Part shown: positions 24,490 through 36,697 of the stretch, piece by piece
How the letters are laid out: each line of letters opens with the position of its first letter
Numbering within the stretch: the stretch's first letter is position 1
Assembly (NCBI RefSeq): GCF_006345805.1
Contig: NW_021835255.1
Coordinates: 1 to 42,268, forward strand
DNA: 42,268 bases
Reading direction: 5' to 3'
Source: Octopus sinensis
Taxonomy: Eukaryota
Notes under the pieces: model-generated
Told to the model about the DNA's origin: nothing
Seen by the model: the letters and a program-made list of their open reading frames with translations, nothing else
Databases searched by the model: none
Position numbers and translations under genes: made by a program

Positions 24490-24505
24490 CATCATCATTA
24501 TTACG
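22000..24505. mobile_element. SINE cluster: C/D 22000-22312(-), A 22330-22530(-), B 22565-22960(+), C 23016-23270(+), C 23385-23530(-), A 23545-23750(-), B 23808-24195(-), A 24205-24408(+) with (ATT)n tail to 24505
   Basis: Each segment matches other copies of the same family in the window; boundaries are approximate. Confidence 0.85.
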
Positions 24506-25169
24506 AATGTATTGTTTTTCCTATCATGTCACACGAATCGAAGAAACTCTTCTTGCTTACAGGTATTAGTTTACTTTTGAATCGTAAATGGCTGCTCGGT
24601 GCAAATGCTCCGATCTGGCAACCAATGAAGGAGGGGTGTAAAAGCCCATCTCGTATCTGACAGTCCAACACTTGTTTTACTGTAACACAACACTATAACA
24701 ATTGAACACACCAAGTATCAATAACATTGCAGCTTCGGAATACAAACCTTGAAAGCTGTTTTACACCCTGGGGGTGTGGTAGATTTTCTTTCTCTTGTTT
24801 TGTTTATTTTTCGTCTGTTTTTTTTTTTAGATTTTGCTTTCTGTTATATATTGTTTTTTTTTTACCTTTTTCATTAGAAATATCGTCTAGTATTTCACTG
24901 TAGGTCATCGAAGTGGAGTGGATATGTAATAAGATCGAAGCGTATTAAGAAACATTCACAGCCAGAGAGTCTGCCCTTTTGATTACTCAAATTTCTCACC
25001 GTTGATCGCTATACACATGTGAATATATTGAGTTCGCATGAAAATATAATCAATTGCTGATGTATGTGTGTGTGTATAAAGTTATCCGCCTATATTTATC
25101 TATCTATATCTGTCTATCAATCTATCTCTCTATCTCTCTCTGATTCTATGTCTCTTTCTCATTCTCCCG

Positions 25170-25225
<56 letters not shown>

Positions 25226-25252
25226 CTATATATATATATATATATATATATA

Positions 25253-25424
25253 TAGGCGCAGGAGTGGCTGTGTGGTAAGTAGCTTGCTAACCAACCACAT
25301 GTTTCCGGGTCAGTCCCACTGCATGGCATGTTGGGAAAGTGTCTTCTGCTATAGCCCCGGGCCGACCAATGCCTTGTGAGTGGATTTGGTAGACGGAAAC
25401 TGAAAAAAGCCTGTCGTATATATG

Positions 25425-25470
<46 letters not shown>

Positions 25471-25674
25471 TTTGAATGTCTGTGTTTGTCCCCCTAGCAT
25501 TGCTTGACAACCGATTACGTCCCCGTCACTTAGCGGTTCGGCAAAGGATGCCGATAGAATGAGTACTGGGCTTACAAAAAATAAGTCCCGGGGTCGATTT
25601 GCTCGACTAAAAGCGGTGCTCCAGCATGGCCGCAGTCAAATGACTGAAACAAGTAAAAGAATAAAAGAAAAGAA
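25253..25674 (+). mobile_element. SINE family B
   Basis: Head TAGGCGCAGGAGTGGCTGTGTGG; tail CAGTCAAATGACTGAAACAAGTAAAAGA. Confidence 0.93.
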
Positions 25675-25996
25675 TATATACATATATACATATATATATT
25701 TATATATACATATATACATATATATATCTTATGTATATATTTGCATACACTCATACATACATTGTGTATGTGTCTGTGAGTGTGTGCCTATACGTGTAAA
25801 TATATATATATATATATATATCTATATATATATATATTATATATATATATATTATATATATATATATGAAGCTATTACTATTATTATTATTATATTATTA
25901 CTATTATTATTATATATATATATTGATAGATAGATTTGATTGATTGATGTAAGTATATATATTTGTAAGTGTACGTACGTACAAACATATATTTAC

Positions 25997-26027
<31 letters not shown>

Positions 26028-26055
26028 CATACATACATACATACATACATACGTA

Positions 26056-27216
26056 CATATACGCAAGAAGAAATGAAGGTAGCAGAGGCCTGAGATCAGT
26101 GCAGACGGCCTTCGAATGCTGTATAGCATTTGAATGCCACCTGTCAACAACAGCATCACAAATGCAGTGCTGAAAAGTGAAGTGAGCAACATTGTACGAG
26201 TTGGCATCGAGCTCTTCAAAAAGCACTCTCTTCCTGATGATATCCTATACAGCCCCAAAACAGGTGGGTTCTCTTACCTCAGAGAAGACCAGAATGGAAA
26301 CACTCAACATGCAAAAACAAGACCATGCATGGGTATGTTGCCAGGAAGCTTGAAGAAAACAGTAGAATTGACACGAAGCGCAGCCTCTCTTGGACGAGAG
26401 ACCACTACAACACATCACACTTTGAGGGCTATGCGTTTGTAATCCAGGAACAGGAGATTGCCACAAAGTACCTGTGAACAAGAGATACAACGACCCTCTT
26501 GTATTCCCAAGGTGCAACTGTATGTGTAGGTTATGTCATGTTTCTGAGGAAGACATCAGGTATGTGATTAGCAGCTGTCCTACAATGTTGTCACGGTACT
26601 AACTCCCTATGCGGCACGATGTTGTTGCTAAAACAATTTACAATGCCACCCGAACAAAAGACTGTCCTGAAATAAACTTAGAGAATCCCTCTGTTATGGA
26701 ATACATTCATAAACACCAACTCAAGGAGTACTGATGGAATATTCCCATCAAAACGTCTCTCAAATGTTAACATAACAAGCCGGATATTGTTGTTTGGGAC
26801 AGAGCGGCAAAGTTATGTAACATCAAAGAGGTCAGCTGCCAGGCAGGTATAAATATCTCTTTGAAAATCAAAGAAAAAGAGGATATCTATGCGCACCTGC
26901 TTCGAAACCTCCAGCTTCTGTATCCAGACTATGAATTCATATTCATACCAATAATTATTGGAGCACTAGGTATTGTTACTAGATGCTTAAAGAAGAATCT
27001 GGATAAACTGGGATTTTCATAAAGAGAAATTGACCAGCTAATTCGTCCATTACAAGTGCAATCTGTGAGTAGAACAGTAAAAATATGCAAGACTTTTCTC
27101 AAATTCCAAATGTGAATTTGTCTGTGTTAACTACATCCGAAAGATGGAGCCTTGCACTTTGTTGGAAACCGGCTCCCACCTTAGTGGAATATTTATAATA
27201 ATTAAAAAATAGAATA
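26056..27216 (+). mobile_element. 5'-truncated R4-clade-like RLE non-LTR retrotransposon (RT thumb, CCHC knuckle, RLE) embedded in (CATA)n
   Basis: Contains YARRNEGSRGL (thumb), KTMHGY...SHFEGYAFVIQEQEIATKY, CRLCHVSEEDIRYVISSC (knuckle with H changed to Y), RHDVVAK, HNKPDIVVWD...EVSC...KEKEDIY, PIIIGALG and SVSRTVKICKTFLKFQM* (stop at 27113-27115). Several internal stops and frameshifts. Confidence 0.93.
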
Positions 27217-27257
27217 GACATACAAACATGCATACTAGCATACATACATACATACAT

Positions 27258-27292
<35 letters not shown>

Positions 27293-27722
27293 TACATACA
27301 CATACATACATACATACATACATACATACATACATACATACATACATACATACATACATACATACAAGCAACTGCTCCCAGGTTAACACGACCCGACTTT
27401 ATTAATACCTAAACTACTATAACTGCAAGGATTCAATTTATTTTGAGTAAGTTGCATAGAAAAATGCTGATAATCTTCAGTTGGTTTCGCAGTATTTATT
27501 TACTCAGAATAGTTACATCCAAATCATCCAGAAAATGGCTCCTGTTTTAGTTTTATAAATACGCGAAAACTCAACCGAGCATATCTTATATTTTCTTTTA
27601 CTTCTATCAATCATTGGACTGTGGCTATTCTTTGGCACTGCCTTGAAGTGTTTGTTTACTCGAACAAATCGACCACAGTACTTCTTTTATTCAAATACAC
27701 ACACATATATATATATATAAAA

Positions 27723-27971
27723 TATAAATTACAAAGTGGGACAAGAACGCAAAAACACACATAGAGACGACACAAAAAAAACAGACGGTCACTCGAAGCC
27801 TCTAATCTTCAGTCGGAACCGGATCATCTTAGCAATTTCGGCTGTTTACGAAATTGCTAAGATGATCCGGTTCCGACTGAAGATTAGAGGCTTCGAGTGA
27901 CCCGTCTGTTTTTTTTTTTTGTGTCGTCTCTTTGTGTGTTTTTGCGTTCTTGTCCCACTTTGTAATTTATA
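27723..27971. repeat. Long inverted repeat (arms 27723-27840 and 27849-27971, 8-nt loop), PLE-LTR-like family related to 28683-29865
   Basis: The arms are near-perfect reverse complements (differences in the poly-T length and about 2 positions); TA runs on both sides. Confidence 0.93.
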
Positions 27972-28026
27972 ATTTATATTTAATTTCTATACATATATTA
28001 CTGCGACGTAACCTACCCCTATCTCC

Positions 28027-28063
<37 letters not shown>

Positions 28064-28184
28064 TATGTATATATATATATATATATAACGGGAAGGTTTA
28101 CGAAAATAAACAAAAGACGAAGGCAGGTGGAGTACAAACAAACAAATGTATTAGTATGGCGCTCAGGAATAGAAATAGAAAAAG

Positions 28185-28222
28185 TCTTGTACGTTTCGAG
28201 CCTACGCTCTTCGACAGAAAGA
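28185..28222 (-). ncRNA. Hammerhead-like fold, same family as 7204-7241
   Basis: TCTTT-CTGTCGA-A-GAGC GTAG GCTC-GAAA-CGT-A-CAAGA; one mismatch at the base of stem I. Confidence 0.45.
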
Positions 28223-28636
28223 TACACAGAAAGGAAACAAGGAAAGAAACAAGGAAAGAAAAAAATGCGTGTACTGTCATCGGTTTATTTTGATGAACCA
28301 TTAAATTGCAGGAACATAAACAAACCAACACCGGTTGTGAAGTGATGGTGGAGGATTAACCAAAAACACTATGATACAAACACATAACGAACTTACATAT
28401 CTTTAAGCCCAAAATCGGACCAGGACAGGTTTAACGTTACAGCTGATAGAATCTGTGAAGCCATTTCTGCGTTAAGTTCTGAGGCATTACGGCTCATTCA
28501 AATAGGGAGATGACTGGGATTTATCTAGGTGTACTTGACTTGTCTGATATGCCTTCAAGAAATTTGTCCTGGTGCTGGACAAACACGAGCAAAAAGACAC
28601 ACACACATATGTATGTATATATGTATGTATGTGTAT

Positions 28637-28682
<46 letters not shown>

Positions 28683-29865
28683 CCCTAAACTCAACTCGTC
28701 CTGTCGAAAGACCCTTGTCCTACGTCCTGGTTTTGTTTTGTTTTTTATTTTTTATTTTTACCGTTATTGTTTTTACGTTTTTGTATTCTTATTGGTGTCA
28801 CGTATTCTGTATTTTTGTTCGTGTACTTCGTTCGTTTTCCGTCCTCGTGTTGTATACATTCGAAGCTTTCTTCCAGGGGATCTAATGCACTTGGCTTAGA
28901 TTTCCCTTGGCGGGCTGCCCAAATCGGAGCAATCTCAAGATTAATCAGCCGAAATTGCTAAGATGATCTGGTTCTTGACTGATGACTGAGGGCTTCGAAT
29001 GTCCCGTCCTGTGGTTCTTGTGTCGTCTCTGTGGTGTTTCATGTTCTTGTCCATGTCTGTAATTATTTTTACTGTTTACATATATAATCGGCGGCTACGT
29101 ATCCACAATTGTCCTTATACGATAAGTATATTTTTTCTCTAGCATTGATACGACTCTTGATCTGTCTCTTTCTCTCTCTCTCTCTCTCTCCTCCCTTATT
29201 CCCTTCCTTTTTCCCTCTCCATCCGTCTTTCCCCCCCCCTTCTACGTTTCTCTATCTCTCTCACCTCCAGTCCCCTCGATCTGTCTCTTTCTTCTCCTCC
29301 CTCGTCCACCTTCTCTCTCTTTTCATCTGTCCCTTTCTCCTGTCTTTTGTTCTCACGTGACCGCTAGCCACTGTTGAGCGCTCTTTTCGTTCCAGCAGTC
29401 GCCGAAGCAACACGTATTTGTTCGTCTCCCTGCGGCCATTAGGCACAACTTCATAAGCCAGCCCTAAACTCAACTCGTCCTGTCGAAAGACCCTTGTCCT
29501 ACGTCCTGGTTTTGTTTTGTTTTTTATTTTTTATTTTTACCGTTATTGTTTTTACGTTTTTGTATTCTTATTGGTGTCACGTATTCTGTATTTTTGTTCG
29601 TGTACTTCGTTCGTTTTCCGTCCTCGTGTTGTATACATTCGAAGCTTTCTTCCAGGGGATCTAATGCGCTTGGCTTAGATTTCCCTTGGCGGGCTGCCCA
29701 AATCGGAGCAATCTCAAGATTAATCAGCCGAAATTGCTAAGATGATCTGGTTCTTGACTGATGACTGAGGGCTTCGAATGTCCCGTCCTGTGGTTCTTGT
29801 GTCGTCTCTGTGGTGTTTCATGTTCTTGTCCATGTCTGTAATTATTTTTACTGTTTACATATATA
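28683..29865 (+). mobile_element. Element with 404-bp terminal direct repeats (28683-29086, 29462-29865) around a 375-bp pyrimidine-rich core, inserted in (TA)n
   Basis: The repeats are identical apart from one difference I found (AATGCACTT versus AATGCGCTT), and they share a ~110-bp block with the 27.8-kb inverted repeat. Confidence 0.85.
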
Positions 29866-29975
29866 TATATATATAATCAACCAATAAGGGTGAGAAATTT
29901 TAATTCTAATTTAATAGTACATCCATTTAACATCTAGTGGCTTAGTGCATATAAAACCCGGATTTTCATACATTT

Positions 29976-30150
29976 TATATATAAATATAAGAGAGCGACC
30001 ACTATGTGGTCTACTCTAGCACTAAAAATAGATCCATTGGGCTTGCGGCAGTAGTTGTGCTAATATTCACCGGAGACATTTTTTATGTGGCTGAAGCCCA
30101 ATGGATCTATTTTTAGTGCTAGAGTTGACCACATAGTGGTCGCTCTCTTA

Positions 30151-30162
<12 letters not shown>
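29976..30162. mobile_element. MITE-like foldback element (arms 29976-30044 and 30094-30162) in a TA context
   Basis: 69-bp inverted arms with one mismatch and a 49-bp spacer. Confidence 0.8.
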
Positions 30163-30186
<24 letters not shown>

Positions 30187-30407
30187 CACACACACGACGG
30201 GCTGCTTTCAGTTTCCGTCTACCAAATCCACACATAAGGCTTTCGCTAGAGTAGAAGTCACTTGCCACGCAGTGCGCCTGAACCCCGAACCATGTGGATG
30301 GGAAGTAAGGTTCTTACCTCACAGCCACATCAGCACGTAAAATAATTTTCATAAATCAACATAAAAACGACATTTATACATATATATATATATATATTCA
30401 TACATGT

Positions 30408-30491
<84 letters not shown>

Positions 30492-31010
30492 GTCCGGTCG
30501 TCTTCTTTTACATTAACTGGTTTTCTTTTCCATCCTACGAGATGTCCAAAAGTCACCCTCTAAAAGAAGCAATATTCGTGCGGTTGCCGGTTTAGTGGCA
30601 GACGATCTGCACATGTCACAGGCTGTACTGAGTTACATGTTTCCAGTGGTGAACACGAGCCACCCGATGAAACATATGTATATGCGTGTATGTATGTGTG
30701 TATGTGTGTGTGTATGTGCGCTCACTTATGTATGTAAAGTGGTATCACACTTTAGTAGAATATAATCAAACAAAGAACGTACTCACTGTTATTTGATAGA
30801 ATTGATTTATAGAATTGATATATTAGGCGGCGTGGCTGTTAGGTAAGAAGCTTGCTTCCAACCACATGCCTCCGGGTTCAGTCCCACTGAGTGGCACCTT
30901 GGGAAAGTGTCTTCTACTATAGATTCGGGCCGACCTAATGTGACTGCGTGTGTACCGTTGGCGATTTTTTTCCCTCTGTTTTCCCTTCTCTGGATTTTTC
31001 CTTCTCCTAT

Positions 31011-31045
31011 GTTTCCGACGAAGAGCTCCGCTCGAAACGTTAAAC
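31011..31045 (+). ncRNA. Minimal hammerhead-like fold (U4 to C variant) in a PLE-LTR-like segment
   Basis: GTTT-CCGACGA-A-GAGC TCC GCTC-GAAA-CGT-T-AAAC. Confidence 0.55.
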
Positions 31046-31128
31046 CCCCCTTCTTCCCTTCCTTCCTGAGCGTTCAATAATACTATATTTTTCCACGTCC
31101 TCGCGTTGTTGTGTTTTCATGTTTGGAT

Positions 31129-31228
<100 letters not shown>

Positions 31229-31267
31229 TGTATGTATGTATGTATGTATGTGTGTGTGTGTGGTGTG

Positions 31268-31298
<31 letters not shown>

Positions 31299-31880
31299 TG
31301 TGTATGTATGTATATAGTTAAAGCTGAGTCTGTTTGCAACGGTCCATGCAGTGTTTTGCTTTCCGATCTCAAACAGACTATTTGGTACGTGTAGCAACTT
31401 GCACATACAAAATATGCTTGCGAATATTAAAATAAGGGTAAATTTGAAATTAAATTTAAAATTGATAATTAAAATTGAAATGAGATAAAAGGAAAGAGAT
31501 ATTGAGGACAAACTTGGCTCGGAAAATATTAAATTCAAAAGGGCGAGTGTAGCTGCGCAAAATAACCATACCATTTAATAAGCACTTTCAATATGGAAGG
31601 AAGAAATGTTTTGTTCTTTGTAAACCTTCGGTAAAGTGAAATAAGGTAAATGCTAAAAGTTGTAACGTAAAGATCTTTTACCAACAATAACAAAGAAATA
31701 AGCCTTTAATTAGTAAAAGAATTTCACAACAAATAACTACGGGAATATAGACAGTTATAATTTAATAAATCCTTGTTTTTTGTTAATGATTTTCAATCAT
31801 TTTCTCTTACCACACACCCACACATCATCATCATCATCATCATGCACATACGTCTCTATATCCTTCATATATATTCACCT

Positions 31881-32220
31881 TAGGCGGTGTAGCTGTTGGG
31901 TAAGAAGCGTGCTTCCAACCACATGGTTCCGGGTTCAATCCCGTTGCGTGGCACCTTGGGAAGTGTCTTCTACTATAGCTTTGGGCCGACAAAGCGTTGC
32001 CTATGGGTTTGGTAGCCAATCGTGTATATATATATATATATTATATAATATATATATATATATTTATATAATATATATTATACATACATACATACAAACA
32101 TATATACATATATATATGCATACATACATACATACACACATACATACGTACATACATACATACATACATACGTACGTACATACATACATACGTACATACA
32201 TACATACATACATACATACA

Positions 32221-32251
<31 letters not shown>

Positions 32252-32470
32252 GTTTCTGTGTTTGTTCCTCCATCATCACTTGACAACCGATGTTGGTGTG
32301 TTTCATTTCAAAAACCTAGCTGTTCGGCTAAAGAGAACGATAAAATGATTACTAAGCTTACAAAGAATAAGTCCTGAGGTCGATTTGTTCGACTAAAAAC
32401 CCTTCAAGTCGATGCTCCAGCATGGCCACAATCAAATGACTGAAACAGAATATAAGAAATAGAAAGAAAT
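31881..32470 (+). mobile_element. SINE family B with expanded internal (TA)/(CATA)n
   Basis: Head and tail match the other B copies. Confidence 0.88.
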
Positions 32471-32754
32471 ATTTAAATATCCACATCCGCTTAACACTAC
32501 ATCTTCCATAGTTCGTAAATATCATTATACCAATAGACATACCACATCTCATTACGTTCTAAATTTTATGCTTAAATACCCATATTATTGTAAAAGTAGG
32601 GCAGACTGCGACAATAGGATGCGCCAAACCAAGTTGAGCGCACTGCGTTCCAGTGCCGAACGAGCAAAAATTTTACCATAAATTTCATTTACTCCTTTCA
32701 TCTAGTGACCCACCAGTGTCTTGTTGCTATTTTCAAACTAGCTTTAAAATAATC

Positions 32755-32930
32755 CTTTCTACCGAAGGCACAAGACCTGAAATTTTGGAGAAAGGGACTA
32801 GTCAATTACACCGACCCTAGGATGAAAGGTAAAGTCGACCTCGGCAGAATTTGAACTCAGAACGTAAAGATGGACGAAATGCCGCTAAGTATTTCGTCCG
32901 ACGCGCTATTTTGCCAACACCCCGCCTTAA
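32755..32930 (-). mobile_element. SINE family A with internal deletion
   Basis: Plus strand GGATGAAAGGTAAAGTCGACCTCGGCAGAATTTGAACTCAGAACG matches the other A copies. Confidence 0.85.
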
Positions 32931-33319
32931 CTATCTTTAACCTGAATGTTAAGTAATATACATAATGTTAATACAAGCTATAAATATTAGAATTGATAAT
33001 AGGAAAGGGTTAAAATATATACACACCTATTAGATAAACTAACTATATTATTAATATAAATGTAGTATCTATAGATTTAATATTTTACTCAATTATATAG
33101 TTGACCAAAATATCAATTAATATTAAACTAATTTACTTAAATGTAATACTACGTAATAGTATTAAATAATATATTGTCTTACAAAGCTAATTCTCAAATG
33201 AAATTATATGTAATACGTTAAATCGCATTACAAAAATAATAATGAACATAATAAAAAAATAGAAATACATATCATAACTAACAATTATCAAGAAATTATA
33301 TATAAATTAATATTTTAAC

Positions 33320-33353
33320 AACCACAACAACAACAACAACAATAATAATAATG

Positions 33354-33451
<98 letters not shown>

Positions 33452-33520
33452 AAGAAGAAGAAGAAGAAGAAGAAGAAGAAGAAGAAGAATAACAATAACA
33501 ATAATAATAATAATAATAAA
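33320..33520. repeat. (AAC)n-(AAT)n-(AAG)n-(AAT)n compound microsatellite
   Basis: Directly visible. Confidence 0.97.
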
Positions 33521-34583
33521 GTTAATACAATCCAAATGTCAAATATTATTGTTAAATAAAAAAACGTTACTTAGCTTGTCGATGAAAATAATATAACTGA
33601 ATTTTAAGCGTAAAAATGTAGGTCTTAGCGTTTATAAGAAATTAAACTCATGAAGATGTTGTGTAAAAAATATGGAATAAAATTGTCAATGAAAATGACG
33701 AAAAATATTTATTGATGAAAAATCGAAAAATATTTAAGCTTCATGAAATAAAGAAAATAGAATAACAAAAGAACTATAAACGACTATTTACTATAAATTA
33801 AGTTCCAAATAATTATTACGTAAAATATACATATAATATCAAATTAATTCATATTACTATAACTAATAGGTTTTAATCAAATTATATATAATCATTTATG
33901 TATTAAGAAATATCCAAGTTAAAAGTTATTCAAATATATTAATATAGCATATAATAATATAATAAATTATACACTAATACTACTAAAATATATCTACAAG
34001 AAATAAATAACATTAAAAAAAATAAGGTTTTATACTTACTGAAAAATAAGCTAAACGTATCATATAGGTAAATAAATTTATGTTAGCATTTTTATTTTAA
34101 ATGACTATTTACTATAAATTTAAAGTCCAAATAATAAATAAGTAAAATATATATATTGTTTTAAAATTAATTTATATTACTCTAATTAATATATGTTAAT
34201 AAATTTATATAATCATTTATTTATTAGCTAAACCTATTATATAGGTAATTTAATTTATGTTTACATTTAATTTTACGTTCCTCTAATGAATTTAGCAACA
34301 CATAATTGTTATTAAATGATATTTCTTTAGATTCATTGTTACACAATGAACAATAATTGCTCCCTGTACAATATGATTAGCCCTACAAATAATCTCCCAA
34401 TTTAATTTATATTTAATAGATCTAGATTTAAGGTCCCAAATATATTTACTGAGACCTGTTTAAGGCTGACCATTTGAAATACAGGTACAACAGAAACAGG
34501 AAGAAATAGCGAGAGAAAGCTATGGTGAAAGCAGGGTTCGCCACCACCACTGCCGGAGCCTGGTGGTGCTTTCGCTCAATATA

Positions 34584-35281
34584 TATGAGATGTGGTCAAT
34601 AAGTATCCGGACTGTTGCCATAGTAACGTAGCTAAAACATGCAGAGTGAAGCCGCTTGGCACAGATTGACCTTGAACTCTCCTGTGCATGTGCACTAAAT
34701 TTTGAAGTACTATCTCACTTCCGCTGTTTTACAGCAGTGCTTAGAATTAAGATCTTTAACGTGTGATCGTCACATACACCATGACAGTGAAAGTTGTCAT
34801 GTGAAGGGAAATCGTCGAATCACCATCCGTGAGTTATCAGAGAATGTGCAGATTTGTTACAGTTCAGGCCAGTCTATTATCACTAACGATTTGGGTATGA
34901 GACGCGTGTCCACTGCTTTCAACTGACCAAAAAGACACTCGGGTTTTAGTTGCGAAAGATCTCCTTGATTGGGTCGAGAACGATGAAAACTTTTTGAAAA
35001 CTTTGCGTAGGCCTCTCACGAGGTATCACTAAGCGTTTGAAAAAAATTTACGCAGATTCACTGCTCAACTTTCTCTGTCGTGGTCAATGCGACAAACACA
35101 CGCTACACGCCTTCCTTCCAAGTACTGCTGTAAACAGCGGCAGTGAGCTAGCGTGTTAAAACTTAGTGCGCACGTATGCACAACAGAGTTGAATATGAAT
35201 CTGTGCTAAGCGGCTTTACTCTGCATGATTTAGCTTCGTTACTATGGCAACACCCCGGATACTTATTGATCAGACAACGTA
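34584..35281 (+). mobile_element. Internally deleted mariner element with long imperfect TIRs, next to a SINE D remnant (34455-34580)
   Basis: The left end ...TCAATAAGTATCCGGACTGTTGCCATAGTAACG is the inverse of the right end; both ends have TA. The interior reads NRRITIRELSENVQICYSSGQSIITNDLGMRRVS...QKDTRVLVAKDLLDWVENDENFLK (mariner HTH/linker region). Confidence 0.88.
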
Positions 35282-35370
35282 TGTATATATAATATGTGTG
35301 TGTGTGTATATATACATATGAATGCGTGTGTGAGTGTATATATATATATATAATATATATATATATACAT

Positions 35371-35412
<42 letters not shown>

Positions 35413-35579
35413 TAATAGTTATCGCCATACTAATATGGCATTTTTATCAAAATAAGAATAAAGCTGTCCGCTTATTAGCTCCATGAGGCCATCGCCTTAA
35501 GTTAGCTATTTGATACACAAACTGTATCCATATAACTTCGAACAAGGGAGGTCAGTCGCTCCACACTACTTGACCGGCA

Positions 35580-35621
35580 GCTACAGACGCGTTTCGGGGT
35601 ATTGCCCCTTTTCAATGCAGC
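35580..35621 (-). ncRNA. Minimal type I hammerhead ribozyme fold, U3-A8 core
   Basis: Exact reverse complement of 35911-35952. Confidence 0.72.
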
Positions 35622-35910
35622 GTAGCCAGACCAGTAGGTGTCGCTTCTGACAATCTCTGTTCGATGGTTTTATTTACCTAGCTTCGGTGGAATACATCCA
35701 CTTGTTTTCAATAATAGAAATATTAAAATTACTAAGTCTCTCTAAAAGAGAACAACGGCAGCGTTTCCGGAAAATAATAGTTATCGCCATACTAATATGG
35801 CATTCTTATAAAAATAAGAATAAAGCTGTCCGCTTATTAGCTCCATGAAGCTAGGTAAATAAAACCATCGAACAGAGATTGTCAGAAGCGACACCTACTG
35901 GTCTGGCTAC

Positions 35911-35952
35911 GCTGCATTGAAAAGGGGCAATACCCCGAAACGCGTCTGTAGC
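35911..35952 (+). ncRNA. Minimal type I hammerhead ribozyme fold, U3-A8 core
   Basis: GCTGCA-TTGAAAA-GGGG CAATA CCCC-GAAA-CGCG-TC-TGTAGC: 6-bp stem I (one G-U), 4-bp stem II, palindromic ACGCGU stem III; predicted GUC cleavage after 35946. Confidence 0.72.
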
Positions 35953-36225
35953 TGCCGGTCAAGTAGTGTGGAGCGACTGACCTCCCTTGTTCGAAGGTTA
36001 TATGGATACAGTTTGTGTATCAAATAGCTAACTTAAGGCGATGGCCTCATGGAGCTAATAAGCGGACAGCTTTATTCTTATTTTTATAAGAATGCCATAT
36101 TAGTATGGCGATAACTATTATTTTCCGGAAACGCTGCCGTTGTTCTCTTTTAGAGAGACTTAGTAATTTTAATATTTCTATTATATATATATACATATAT
36201 ATATCTTTGTACATAGGTATATATA

Positions 36226-36392
36226 TAGGCGTAGGAGTGGCTGTGTGGTAAGTAGCTTGATTACCAACCGCATGGTCCCTGGTTCAGTGCCGCTGCTTGA
36301 GTCCTTGGGCAAGTGTCTTCTGCTGTATAAATTCGGGCCGACCAAGGCCTTGTAAGTGGATTTGATAGACGGAAACTGGAAGAAGCCCGTCG

Positions 36393-36442
<50 letters not shown>

Positions 36443-36697
36443 GTATATGTGTGTGTGTGAGTGTGTGTGTGTATGTGTGTGCATATGTTTGTGTGTCTGT
36501 GTCTGTCCTTCCAACATCGCTGGACAACCGATGATGGTGTGTTTACGTCCCCGTAACTTAGCTGTTCAACAAATGAGACAAATAGAATAAGTACTAGGCT
36601 TACAAAGACTAAGGTCTGGGGTCGATTTGCTCGACTAAAGGCGATGCTCCACCATGGCCGCAATCAAATGACTGAAACAAGTAAAAGAGTAAAGAGT
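36226..36697 (+). mobile_element. SINE family B
   Basis: Head and tail match the other B copies. Confidence 0.92.

Larger units (their letters stand above)
35413..36183. mobile_element. Hammerhead-bearing retrozyme/PLE-LTR-like element: 362-nt unit with terminal redundancy plus an inverted copy, in (TA)n
   Basis: Block a at 35413-35486 repeats at 35775-35848; 35847-36183 is the reverse complement of d-a-b (35711-35848 plus 35487-35685). Confidence 0.88.

Noticed and set aside
28683-29462. The same 779-bp period occurs in two unrelated duplications (5864/6643 and 28683/29462)
   Set aside because: The sequences are unrelated and the first period varies from 771 to 779 with microsatellite length, so this is treated as coincidence.
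31327-31379. Hairpin AGTCTGTTTG...CAAACAGACT as a pre-miRNA
   Set aside because: Only 10 bp are perfectly paired, the inner stem is poorly paired, and I recognise no mature sequence.
32940-34330. Mitochondrial control-region NUMT
   Set aside because: AT-richness alone; no tRNA, rRNA or mitochondrial protein fragment is recognisable.
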